DNA of 64,000 nt, taken from positions 24,759-88,758 of the IMG/VR virus record IMGVR_UViG_2832928787_000001, one strand, 5' to 3'. The notes under the pieces are model-generated. The model worked only from the letters and a program-made list of their open reading frames with translations. It searched no databases and had not been told where the DNA came from. Positions 9,057 to 17,503 of this stretch are shown in pieces. A program made the position numbers and the translations under genes. This DNA is from a virus. Lineage: Duplodnaviria > Caudoviricetes. Positions within the stretch are counted from its first letter, which is position 1, and every line of letters starts with the position of its first letter.

Positions 9057-10016
9057 ATGGCCCGGCACAGCAAGAACAGCGACAGTGCAATCTGGATCGG
9101 CGTATTTATCCTGGTCGTGGCCCCCATCGCCTTTTTCATCTGGCTTTATCAGCAGATCGGTGCATGGGGCATCATTGGCGTCGTAGGCATACTGGCGGCC
9201 CTCATTGCGACCGGATTCGCCGCTCACTTCTACAAGGAGAAAACCGAAGCGGAAGCGCGGACGCAGCGCATCCAGCGTGACCTAGCCGAGATTGAACAGA
9301 AGCTGATCGAGGCCCGCCGACTGGGCACAGCACCATCTCCGCGTGCCATCCCTGAACAGCCCACGCTCAGCGACTTCGAGTGGGTCGGGGGCGGAGAAGC
9401 GGTCTCAGCCAACCTGCGGCTCCAGTATAAGGATGCGGCCGGCAACGTCACTGAGCGCACAGTTGAGGTCAAAGCCTTCACCGAACACCCGGCCGGCGGC
9501 ATAGAAGCATTCTGCCACCTGCGCCAAAGCCGCCGCTCGTTCTACTACCACCGCATGCAGAAGGTCGTAGACCTGGACAGCGGCGAGGTCATCCACGAGC
9601 CGTGGGCCTGGCTGGATGCTCGCCGCAGGGCATCACCCGATTTCGCCCTGTCGGAAAACTTGTCCGCCATCTGGCCGGAACTGGAAGTGCTGGTCTATGT
9701 CTGCCGGGCAGACGGCCGCATGATGGCGCCTGAACGGGCGCTGGTTGTCAGCTATATGCAAAAGCGGAAACCTGAGCTATCAACCGTCTCCGTGGCAAAA
9801 CTGGAAAAGGTACTGAAGGACGACGTAGCAAACCTGAGCCCCGCGCAATTCAAGCACTGTGTCGCCCAGTGCCGGCAACTGGATGAAGAAGTCCGGTCAG
9901 ACCTGGTCAGCACGGCGGTAGCAGTTGTTGCGACACAAAGCAGTGTTGCCGAGGCAGAGGATGTGGCACTGGATTATCTGCATGAAAAATTGCTGGATCA
10001 TGCTGAGCAGCCATAA
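9057..10016 (+). CDS. Membrane protein with WYL-like and TerB-like domains
   Basis: AGGAGA RBS; 2 TM helices; LQYKDAAGNVTERTV...AFCHLRQSRRSF (WYL-like); LVYVCRADG..E (TerB-like). Confidence 0.75.
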   Translation: MARHSKNSDSAIWIGVFILVVAPIAFFIWLYQQIGAWGIIGVVGILAALIATGFAAHFYKEKTEAEARTQRIQRDLAEIEQKLIEARRLGTAPSPRAIPEQPTLSDFEWVGGGEAVSANLRLQYKDAAGNVTERTVEVKAFTEHPAGGIEAFCHLRQSRRSFYYHRMQKVVDLDSGEVIHEPWAWLDARRRASPDFALSENLSAIWPELEVLVYVCRADGRMMAPERALVVSYMQKRKPELSTVSVAKLEKVLKDDVANLSPAQFKHCVAQCRQLDEEVRSDLVSTAVAVVATQSSVAEAEDVALDYLHEKLLDHAEQP

Positions 10017-10048
10017 ATCGCCCGAGGAACAGAACAAGCCCCGCTGCA

Positions 10049-10186
10049 GGCAGTCGGGGGACGAAGCGCACAGAAGGCGCCGAGGAAGAGCCCGACAATC
10101 GTCGGCCCCTGGCGAGTAACGGGCAAAGGAACGGCCTCGCAAGAGGCCGGTCACCAAAGCTGAACCAGGTGGCTTTGGTGATACAC
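10049..10186 (+). repeat. Multi-hairpin repeat, copy 3 (lacks the first stem)
   Basis: Direct repeat of copies 1 and 2. Confidence 0.9.
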
Positions 10187-10322
10187 TTAGCATTTTATTG
10201 GTAGACTTGCTCGCACCCAACAGTTTGCTAAATGGCAGCTTGTACAAAAAAATCAGGCAGGTTTGGGTCAGCAACAGCCCGTTGTGACCGGCTGCTACCG
10301 ACCCGAAAGCAGACAGTCAAAT

Positions 10323-10383
10323 TGTTAACACCTGAGTTACGCCGCACCAAAAAGTGGCATCGGTTTTGAATGAATTGTTAGAT
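10323..10383 (-). other. attC: Integron attC site
   Basis: Minus strand ATCTAAC-aattcattcaaaaccgatgccac...gtgcggcgtaactcaggt-GTTAACA; overlaps the stop codon of 10378-11172. Confidence 0.85.
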
Positions 10384-11172
10384 CACACCGAGCAGCCGTA
10401 GCACGCCTGCCCCTGCCAGCACAAAGCCGAGAAGCCCATATAACCAATGCTCCTTCACAAGCTCCACGATGACAGAAGGATGAAAATGAATTCGATCTTG
10501 CCAAGGCGCCTGAATTGCGAGCGTACGGCTATGAGCACGGCCCGCGAGGTTGGCCATGACATCAACCTTTCGCAGAGTTGATTGATGCAGCTTTACAAAC
10601 TCCCGGCTATCCCACGCCGCAGCTTCCGCTTTACCTGAGAGGAAATCTTGGTGGGTAATTTGGTTGAACTTCATGATCGACTCAAGCCGCGGATGGCCAG
10701 CGTAGCGAACACCGTAAATTGAGATCAAAACCCTAGATAGATCCAGTTTCTTCTCGTCCTTGGTTTCATACGGAGCTCCACCTAGTACACGATGCCTATG
10801 CTCCAGCGCTTGGAACCCATAATTAATGTCTCTCATGCTCCAGTGCAGCCACGTACAATGCGTGTGGGTGGCTGCGAAGGCAAAAAACTCGTCAAGCATC
10901 TCGCGCTCAAGGCGATCATAGTGGCTTTCAATGTCCGCGAGATCGACCTTCTGAATCTCCGCAATCTTGTGAATCGAGAAAGACCTAGTCTGACCAGAAT
11001 CCAGCTGCCGGGCGGCGATGCTCGTGATGCGAGGGGTTCGGCCATCGACGCGATCGTAGAAGCTCTCGCATGAGTAGTGAATCACCAAGCAGTAATGGGC
11101 GTTCTTGAAGAGAACGTCGAGGGCTTCTGACGCCTTCTTTCTCTGCTTGTAGAGATCGAGGTATTTTCCCAT
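10378..11172 (-). CDS. Integron cassette gene: putative 3'-5' exonuclease-like fold + C-terminal TM
   Basis: Bounded by GTTAGATCACAC and GTGTGATCTAAC; VIHYSCESF/ITSIA/LHW spacing resembles DnaQ-like folds (inference). Confidence 0.75.
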   Translation of the reverse strand: MGKYLDLYKQRKKASEALDVLFKNAHYCLVIHYSCESFYDRVDGRTPRITSIAARQLDSGQTRSFSIHKIAEIQKVDLADIESHYDRLEREMLDEFFAFAATHTHCTWLHWSMRDINYGFQALEHRHRVLGGAPYETKDEKKLDLSRVLISIYGVRYAGHPRLESIMKFNQITHQDFLSGKAEAAAWDSREFVKLHQSTLRKVDVMANLAGRAHSRTLAIQAPWQDRIHFHPSVIVELVKEHWLYGLLGFVLAGAGVLRLLGVI

Positions 11173-11177
11173 GTGTG

Positions 11178-11234
11178 ATCTAACGTTTGAGTTCAACGGA
11201 CGCAAAGGTGGCCCGCTGGAACGAATGGTTATGT
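11178..11234 (-). other. attC: Integron attC site
   Basis: ACATAAC-cattcgttccagcgg...ccgttgaactcaaac-GTTAGAT, closely resembling aadA-type 57-60 bp attC sites. Confidence 0.92.
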
Positions 11235-11873
11235 ACCAAAAAACTTTCCACCCAACGCAAAAGCGCCGGCCATGAGCACTGCGACGGCAGCCAGAACGCT
11301 CCATAGCTGAGTGAGTCTCAAACCACCGACTAGCTCCGCCAACGTAAGCTCTGCAGGCCCCTTGGGCAGAGTTGATGTCTTCTTATCCGCAAGCATTTTT
11401 TGCTTCCAACTCGCAAGCACACCGTTGAACTCAGTCGTGCTGAGCGCAGCAGCTTCTGGTTTAACCCACTGTACATACCAATCATTGCCGGGTTCAAGCA
11501 ATCCTTCGCTCTTTAGACCACTCTCTACGATGACCATTAACGGGTGGTTTCGGCTATAGGCCATGGCTGCCTCAATTTGGTTCCATGGCGTTGGTAGTTT
11601 TATATTAGAAAGTGACACCTCTTTCGAGCCACCGCGTTTCTCGATGCCGGAAGAAAAATACATACGTTCAAGGGCAATCACAACTGTGCCTGAGCACTCA
11701 TCTAGAAGGTCGGACACGGTTTTAAGCGGTGCACCAGAACCAAACGTGTTTCTTCCAACAGTATAAGGAATCAACCCCTCGCTTCGAAGTCTGTCTTCAA
11801 CTGCGCGGACGAAGGCTTCCTGCGAGTCTGTAGCTGTGCCACCCACGCTAACAAAAACATTCAATTCATTCAT
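11229..11873 (-). CDS. Integron cassette gene: TIR-like domain + C-terminal TM
   Basis: NVFVS beta-A strand, PWNQIEAAMAY helix with a putative catalytic Glu, hydrophobic C-terminus. Confidence 0.75.
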   Translation of the reverse strand: MNELNVFVSVGGTATDSQEAFVRAVEDRLRSEGLIPYTVGRNTFGSGAPLKTVSDLLDECSGTVVIALERMYFSSGIEKRGGSKEVSLSNIKLPTPWNQIEAAMAYSRNHPLMVIVESGLKSEGLLEPGNDWYVQWVKPEAAALSTTEFNGVLASWKQKMLADKKTSTLPKGPAELTLAELVGGLRLTQLWSVLAAVAVLMAGAFALGGKFFGT

Positions 11874-11906
11874 GACAGGTCGTTCCGATTCATTGAATTG
11901 ATTTAT

Positions 11907-11966
11907 ACCTAACAAACAAGATAAGCCGACCGCCGAAGCCGGGTCGGCTTGAGCGCCGGGTTAGAC
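11907..11966 (-). other. attC: Integron attC site
   Basis: GTCTAAC-ccggcgctcaagccgacccggcttcggcggtcggcttatcttgttt-GTTAGGT; AAGCCGACC/GGTCGGCTT stem. Confidence 0.93.
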
Positions 11967-12035
11967 ATCATAAGATGCGACGGCAGCTCTCAGCCACGAT
12001 GTGCCTTCGGGTATGTATTTCTTAATGTTGCTCAT
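11961..12035 (-). pseudogene. 24-codon mini ORF in a very short (probably internally deleted) cassette
   Basis: GTTAGAG core (12045-12051), then MSNIKKYIPEGTSWLRAAVASYDV* whose stop lies inside R'' GTCTAAC. Confidence 0.5.
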
Positions 12036-12276
12036 GCTCAAAGTCTCTAACTAGCTTTAGAAGGCACGCAACCAGCATGTTCAGTTCGCCTAAGACTGTA
12101 TGAATTTTGGGTCAGTAGGCAAATTAGCTGTTTCGGCGTTTCGGTGTTTAGGCAAACCTAAAAATTATGACCCCAGCTTTTGATGACGAATTTAGATCAA
12201 TGTCTGAATGGCCACCATTGGCCGATAGCCGCCCCCGCTACCAAAACAGCCAAAGCCTCATCACACTTGCGTTTTA

Positions 12277-12309
12277 TTGACATAGGCATAGCCAATTTAT
12301 CACGACAAA
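12277..12309. promoter_or_regulatory. Conserved 33-bp promoter-like motif bordering cassette locus 1
   Basis: TTGACATAGGCATAGCCAATTTATCACGACAAA; 27/33 identical to 58899-58931. Confidence 0.6.
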
Positions 12310-12327
12310 CACCAATCGACTACCCCC

Positions 12328-12353
12328 CGCCCAGCCCTGTGCTGGGCTTTTTT
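12328..12353 (+). terminator. Intrinsic terminator
   Basis: GCCCAGC-CCTGT-GCTGGGC then TTTTTT. Confidence 0.7.
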
Positions 12354-12374
12354 CGCCTCCAAGGAGCACTGAAC

Positions 12375-12743
12375 ATGCGCATCGCAACTGAACAACTGGC
12401 CGACATCCGTGGCGGCCTGATGGTCGAGGAACTGACCGAGTCCCTGGCTGAAGTCGTCAACGCCGTCATCACCACCGGCAAGAAGGGCGCCGTGCAACTG
12501 AAGCTGGACATCAACCCCGCCAGCAAGGGCGACGCCGTGGTGACGGTGACTGACGAGATCAAGAAGACCGTACCGCAGGAGAAGCGCACCGGCACGCTGA
12601 TGTTCGCCACGCCGTCCGGCTCGCTCCAGCGGCAGGACCCGCGTCAGACCGATCTGCCCCTGGTCTCGACATCGGCCACGATGCCGACGCTGCAGTCCAC
12701 TCCCACCGAATCCCCGTCGCTGCGCGTCGTCGGCGGCAACTGA
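12375..12743 (+). CDS. Conserved phage early protein (typical neighbour of DUF2303 genes)
   Basis: AAGGAG RBS; ELTESLAEVVNAV..TGKKG.V.LKLDI motif. Confidence 0.75.
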   Translation: MRIATEQLADIRGGLMVEELTESLAEVVNAVITTGKKGAVQLKLDINPASKGDAVVTVTDEIKKTVPQEKRTGTLMFATPSGSLQRQDPRQTDLPLVSTSATMPTLQSTPTESPSLRVVGGN

Positions 12744-12770
12744 TTTCCCCACCCAACCGAAAGCCCCCCC

Positions 12771-13616
12771 ATGAACACCGAAAAGAACATTGTCGAATCG
12801 GCCATTCAGGCCGCAAGCAAGCCGTTTCTGATGGACATCAGCGGCACCCCGGTTCTGCTGATGCCCGATTGCAATGGTGGCTGGTCGCGCCAGGAACTGG
12901 ACAAATACCGTACCGAGCCGCTGCGCAAGACTGGCGCAGTGGTCCTGCATCAGCTCGACAGCCTGCTGGCCTTCATCAAGGAGCACAAGGAATCCGGTAC
13001 CCAACTGTTCGTCGATGCCGACTATGCGCAGGGCCGTGCGTCGTTCAAGGCCGTGCTCAACGGCCATACCGGCCCCCAGCCTGACTTCGGCGACTTCACG
13101 GCGCTGTACACCCCGATGAAGACGGTCGACTGGTCGAACTGGCTGGAAAGCAACGGCAAGAAGATGGACCAGGAAGAATTCGCCCGCTTCCTGCAGGACA
13201 ACATTGCCAACATCGTCAGTCAGGATCCGGCCAATAGCAGCCGCCAGTACCCGGCCGCAGCCGACCTGCTGGAATTCGCCAGCAATCTGGAAATGACCAG
13301 CACCGTGCGCTTCCGCAGCAGCACCAAGGTGCAGAACGGCCAGGTGCAGTTTGAGTACGTCGAAGAGGGCGACAACAACACCAAAGGCCGTCTGCAGATG
13401 TTTGAGCGCTTCGGCCTCGGTCTGCAGCCGTTCGCAGGCGGTGACGCCTACTTCATCGAGGCGTTCCTGCGCTTCCGCATCGACCGCAACAGCGGTGAAC
13501 TCAAGCTGTGGTACGACCTGAACCGCCCGGACAAGGCCCTGGAAAACGCCACAGAAAAGATGATCGAGCGCATCAAGGTCGAATCGGGCGTGCCGGTCTA
13601 TTTCGGCAAGGCGTGA
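12771..13616 (+). CDS. DUF2303/YfdQ family protein
   Basis: W..SNGKKMDQEEFARFLQDN, FRSSTKVQNGQVQF, AFLRFRI motifs. Confidence 0.85.
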   Translation: MNTEKNIVESAIQAASKPFLMDISGTPVLLMPDCNGGWSRQELDKYRTEPLRKTGAVVLHQLDSLLAFIKEHKESGTQLFVDADYAQGRASFKAVLNGHTGPQPDFGDFTALYTPMKTVDWSNWLESNGKKMDQEEFARFLQDNIANIVSQDPANSSRQYPAAADLLEFASNLEMTSTVRFRSSTKVQNGQVQFEYVEEGDNNTKGRLQMFERFGLGLQPFAGGDAYFIEAFLRFRIDRNSGELKLWYDLNRPDKALENATEKMIERIKVESGVPVYFGKA

Positions 13617-13956
13617 CAGTGTCCCCGCTGAAACTCACCTTCCTGTCCACCTGCGCCGGATTCGGCTTCGCCACTGGCGCAATCGCGGCGGTGGGCTGGG
13701 TCAAGGTTGCAGCCGATCTTTTCTCATAACCCCAGCCCGGCCCCGGCCGGGCCTACCGGATAGCCGCCCCACAGCTGCTACCCCGTGGGCCATGCCCCAA
13801 CCACCAGGAGACCCATCATGACCATGGAAGTGGTCGACATGACCGACGACGCCATCAACGAGCTGCGCGCCAGCGGCTGGATCATCAAGGCCCCGTTCTT
13901 CCGCGACGGGCAGGCCGTATTTCTGGTTATCAAACTGCCGGCTTAGCCGCGTCTCC

Positions 13957-14047
13957 CATGCTCATGAGCAGCACCAAAGCACGACATGAGCAGGTCATGA
14001 GCGGCACATGAGCGGCACATGAGCATGAAATGAGCACCCCATGAGCA
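13957..14047 (+). repeat. CATGAGC iteron cluster (centromere/operator-like)
   Basis: About 7 copies of (C)ATGAGC-like words directly upstream of and overlapping the start of the StbA-like gene. Confidence 0.7.
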
Positions 14048-14409
14048 ACCCTGACACCTGGCAACAGCAGGTCGCCGGGCAGTTGCGCCAGCTCGCGGCG
14101 GAACAGGCTGGCCCGAGCAAGGCTGCCCGGTTCCGGGCGCTGTTCCCTGACATCGAGGACGCCATGCGCCGTGGCTGTAGCCAGCGCGAGCTGATCGCCA
14201 CCCTGGCCGGCAGCGGACTGACGATGACCCTGGACGAGCTGCGCAACGCCCTGTACCGCGAACGCAAACGACGGAAAGCGAGGCCGCCCGATGCGGCAAC
14301 ACATCCCCCGCCGCGACTGGCGCCACCGCCGGCCACCCCGGCTGCACCGGGTGCACCACCCGGCAGCTTTGACTGGCAACGCCACCGCGACAAGAAACCC
14401 AACTGGTAA
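14041..14409 (+). CDS. StbA/TraK-like DNA-binding protein
   Basis: SKAARFRALFPDIEDAMRRGCSQRELIATL...LTMTLDELRNALYRERK resembles the StbA N-terminal domain. Confidence 0.65.
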   Translation: MSNPDTWQQQVAGQLRQLAAEQAGPSKAARFRALFPDIEDAMRRGCSQRELIATLAGSGLTMTLDELRNALYRERKRRKARPPDAATHPPPRLAPPPATPAAPGAPPGSFDWQRHRDKKPNW

Positions 14410-14428
14410 CCCCGAGGACCACCCCACC

Positions 14429-15175
14429 ATGAACAAAACCGTCCACATGGTCATGAACGGCAAAGGCGGCTGCGGCAAGAGCCTGATCGCCAGCCTGCTG
14501 GCGCAGATCCTGGCCGCACAAACGCCGGACCTGCTGTGCGTCGACGTCGACCCGACCAACCGCACCCTGAGCCGCTTTGCCGCGCTGAACGTGCACGGGC
14601 TCGAACTGCTGGATGCCACCCGCCAGATCAACCCGCGCCAGTTCGACACCCTGGTCGAATGGCTGCTCGACCACTCCGGCGATGCCGTCATCGACAACGG
14701 CGCCAGCGGCTTCGTGCCTCTGCTGGCCTATCTGTCCCGCTCCGGTGTGCTTGAGCTGCTGCGCGAACATGGCGTCGACGTGCTGCTGCATGTGCCGATC
14801 ATCGGTGGCGAGTCGCTGGACGACACCGCCAACGGCTTTACCGCCCTGATGGAAGAGACCGACGCCGATGCCGTGGTGTGGCTGAACCCGTTCTTTGGCC
14901 CGGTCGAGCGCGCCGGCAAGCGCTTCGTCGACAGCCCGATCTATACCGACGTCGCCCACCGAGTGCGCTGTGTGGTCAACCTGCAGGACTGGGACCGGGC
15001 CACCTACGGCCAGGACCTGGCCGACATGCGTGCCGCCGGGCTGACCTTTGCCGAGGCGCTGGCGCCGAACAGCACGCTGGGCGCTATGCCCCGCCATCGC
15101 CTGCACAAGGTATGGAACGACATCGCCGGCCAGTTGGCCGGCATCCGGCTGAATCATCAGGGAGCAGCAGCATGA
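14429..15175 (+). CDS. traL: TraL/StbB-like P-loop ATPase
   Basis: HMVMNGKGGCGKS, DVDPTN, IDNGASGFVPL, VVWLNPFFG and TYGQD match IncP TraL motifs. Confidence 0.8.
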   Translation: MNKTVHMVMNGKGGCGKSLIASLLAQILAAQTPDLLCVDVDPTNRTLSRFAALNVHGLELLDATRQINPRQFDTLVEWLLDHSGDAVIDNGASGFVPLLAYLSRSGVLELLREHGVDVLLHVPIIGGESLDDTANGFTALMEETDADAVVWLNPFFGPVERAGKRFVDSPIYTDVAHRVRCVVNLQDWDRATYGQDLADMRAAGLTFAEALAPNSTLGAMPRHRLHKVWNDIAGQLAGIRLNHQGAAA

Positions 15176-15465
15176 GCCATCTCGAAATCCACAGCAGCCA
15201 CGAACTGCCCGCAGCCGAATGCAAGATCGTCGCCGACATCGGCCTGGCGCTGATTGCGATGCATGAAGCCGGCGTGGACAAACCGGGCGAGCTGCCACGG
15301 CCTGCCGACGTCGCCCGGCAATTGATCGGCGCGCTGGCCGCCTGCAAGCCTGACAGCAAGATCGACGACATCTACAAGGACCTGATCATCGCCATCACGG
15401 CGTTGATGCTGGGGGATGGCGGCATCATCCAGACGCCGGCCCCGCCCACGCAGTCCATGCACTGA
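15172..15465 (+). CDS. Hypothetical protein
   Basis: ATGA-coupled to traL; followed by a hairpin plus T run at 15467-15489. Confidence 0.6.
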   Translation: MSHLEIHSSHELPAAECKIVADIGLALIAMHEAGVDKPGELPRPADVARQLIGALAACKPDSKIDDIYKDLIIAITALMLGDGGIIQTPAPPTQSMH

Positions 15466-15705
15466 CGCCGCCGACAGCGGCTTTTTTTTACGCGGATGCA
15501 TAATGCACATTCCACCGATTACCCCGCGACTGAGCGTGCCACGTCGCCCAGCCTGCCGCCGGCTTATGCCCCACAGCCCGTCGCCAGCGGCAGAACTGGC
15601 AAAGGACATGACCACCTGGGCGCTGCGCGGCTTCGCCGGCGCCAGCGGCGTGTTCACCTTCCTGTTCCTGCTCGACTTCCTCTATTCCCTTATTGGACAT
15701 TGACC

Positions 15706-16365
15706 ATGAGTGCCCTGATTTTTGACACCGAAACCACCGGCCTGCGCGAACCGCAGGTCATCGAGGCCGCCTGGCTGCGCATCACCAGCCTGACACCGCT
15801 GGCCACTGGCGACGCCTACGAGCAGCGCTTCCGCCCGAACAAACCGATCGACTTCGGTGCCATGGCCACCCACCACATCACCGACGAGGATCTGGCCAAC
15901 TGCCAGCCGTCGAACAGCTTCCGCCTGCCGGACGGCGTGCAGTACCTGATCGGCCACAACATCGACTACGACTGGGGCGTTATCGGCCAGCCGGACGTAC
16001 GCCGCATCGACACCCTGGTACTGAGCCGTCTGCTGTGGCCCGAGGCCGACTCGCACAAACAGACCGCGCTGCTGTACATGCTCGACCGGCCGTTCGCCCG
16101 ACAGCACGCCCCTGCAGCGCACAGCGCCGCCGCTGACGTGTTCATGCTGGCGCATCTGCTAACCCACATCCTGGACCGCCTCGGCAATCCGACGACGCTC
16201 GACGAGCTGTGGCGCCACTCCGAAGCCGCCCGCCTGCCGCGCACCATGACCTTCGGCAAGCACAAGGGCGAGCTGCTCGGCGATGTGCCGGTCGACTACC
16301 GGCGCTGGCTGCTGGGTCAGCCCGATCTGGACCCGTATCTGCGCCGGGCGCTGGAAGCGCTGTAG
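15706..16365 (+). CDS. DEDDh 3'-5' exonuclease (ExoX-like)
   Basis: IFDTETTG, IGHNIDYD, AHSAAADV, MTFGKHKG. Confidence 0.9.
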   Translation: MSALIFDTETTGLREPQVIEAAWLRITSLTPLATGDAYEQRFRPNKPIDFGAMATHHITDEDLANCQPSNSFRLPDGVQYLIGHNIDYDWGVIGQPDVRRIDTLVLSRLLWPEADSHKQTALLYMLDRPFARQHAPAAHSAAADVFMLAHLLTHILDRLGNPTTLDELWRHSEAARLPRTMTFGKHKGELLGDVPVDYRRWLLGQPDLDPYLRRALEAL

Positions 16366-16426
16366 GCCGCAAACCATTGACATGACAAACCGCCCGGCTG
16401 GGCGGTTTCGCCTTTCTGGAGTCACC

Positions 16427-16690
16427 ATGCCCACCATGTTCTATCGCGTCGGCCAGCGCGCCGAGTGCCATTCATTCACCCCGCTGGTCGACGATGCCGC
16501 CACCGACCTGGCCGAGCAAGCTGCCGCCGACTACTGGCAGCGTACCAGCATCGCCAACAGCCGCAGGCCACTGCACATTTCCCTGTTCGACGAGCGCGGT
16601 CAGCTCTACGGCACATTCAGCGTCGCCGTCGAGCAACCGCCGATCTACCGCGCCACGCCGACCACGGCCATGCAGCGAGCTGCTGCATGA
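16427..16690 (+). CDS. Hypothetical phage protein
   Basis: GGAG RBS, coupled to the downstream ORF. Confidence 0.55.
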   Translation: MPTMFYRVGQRAECHSFTPLVDDAATDLAEQAAADYWQRTSIANSRRPLHISLFDERGQLYGTFSVAVEQPPIYRATPTTAMQRAAA

Positions 16691-16856
16691 TCCTGACCGC
16701 TGACCAGGTCCGCCCCGGACCGCACTGGGTGCGGTTGAGCCCTGCGTCAGGGTGGGTGCTGATGGTCATAGAAAACCCATCAGCATTGCTGTACGGGCTG
16801 GCTGGCGCCGATTTCTGCCCAATCGCGATGCCTACTGACGCCAATGGAGATTTGCA

Positions 16857-17198
16857 ATGACTGATCCTGCAGACCTTGCCGGCTGCCAGTTCGGCCGGCT
16901 GACTGTATCCGGTCCGTCAGATGTCAGGATATTCCGCGGGCGCACCGTTCTCTGCCGGTGTCGCTGCGGCGGTTCTATCTGCGTCCGTCCCGGTGACCTG
17001 CGCAAAGGAAAGGTGAAGTCCTGCGGCTGCTACCGGCGCGAGCTGGCGCTTGCAGCGCTTCAGCGGGCGAACCAGCCCGAGGCCAGGTCAAGGCAACTGG
17101 TCTCGGCCAACAGGACGCGGCATCGAAAACAGATTTTGGCGCTGGGGTCCGTTACCACCACCCGCCAATACATCGACGGTCAACCTGCCCCGCTATGA
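16857..17198 (+). CDS. HNH/AP2-associated cysteine-rich DNA-binding protein
   Basis: DLAGCQFGRLTV...CRCRCG...KSCGC motif. Confidence 0.7.
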   Translation: MTDPADLAGCQFGRLTVSGPSDVRIFRGRTVLCRCRCGGSICVRPGDLRKGKVKSCGCYRRELALAALQRANQPEARSRQLVSANRTRHRKQILALGSVTTTRQYIDGQPAPL

Positions 17199-17317
17199 GC
17201 GGGGCGATTCATTTCCACACGATGCGGACAAAAGCAGCCAGCATGACGGCACGTTCGACGTCGCTCAGGAACCGATCGACTGAGCCACGCTGGTGACTGT
17301 TATCGACCAATTTCGGA

Positions 17318-17380
17318 CATTAACATAGAAGGTAAGCGGACTGCCGCTTGCTGCAGATTCGCTTGACTAAAAGGTTCGGT
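17318..17380 (-). other. attC: Integron attC site
   Basis: ACCGAAC-cttttagtcaagcgaatctgcagcaagcggcagtccgcttaccttctat-GTTAATG. Confidence 0.8.
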
Positions 17381-17424
17381 CTCTCGCTCCGAATGGCTGT
17401 TCAATAGAATATAAAAAATTGCCT

Positions 17425-17499
17425 GCCATTTAGACGGAAAAGCGCCGAATGGAACCAAAAAATATAGCTTTGGAGCGTCTGTTTGACGGATTTTTAGCC
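17425..17499 (-). other. Degenerate attC remnant
   Basis: GGCTAAA-aatccgtcaaacagacgctccaaagctatattttttggttcc resembles the first half of attC 57685-57772; R' not found. Confidence 0.55.
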
Positions 17500-17503
17500 A
17501 CTT

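Noticed and set aside
7777-10186. CRISPR array or insertion sequence explanation for the triple repeat
   Set aside because: Units are over 130 bp with gene-sized spacers; there are no cas genes, transposase or terminal inverted repeats.
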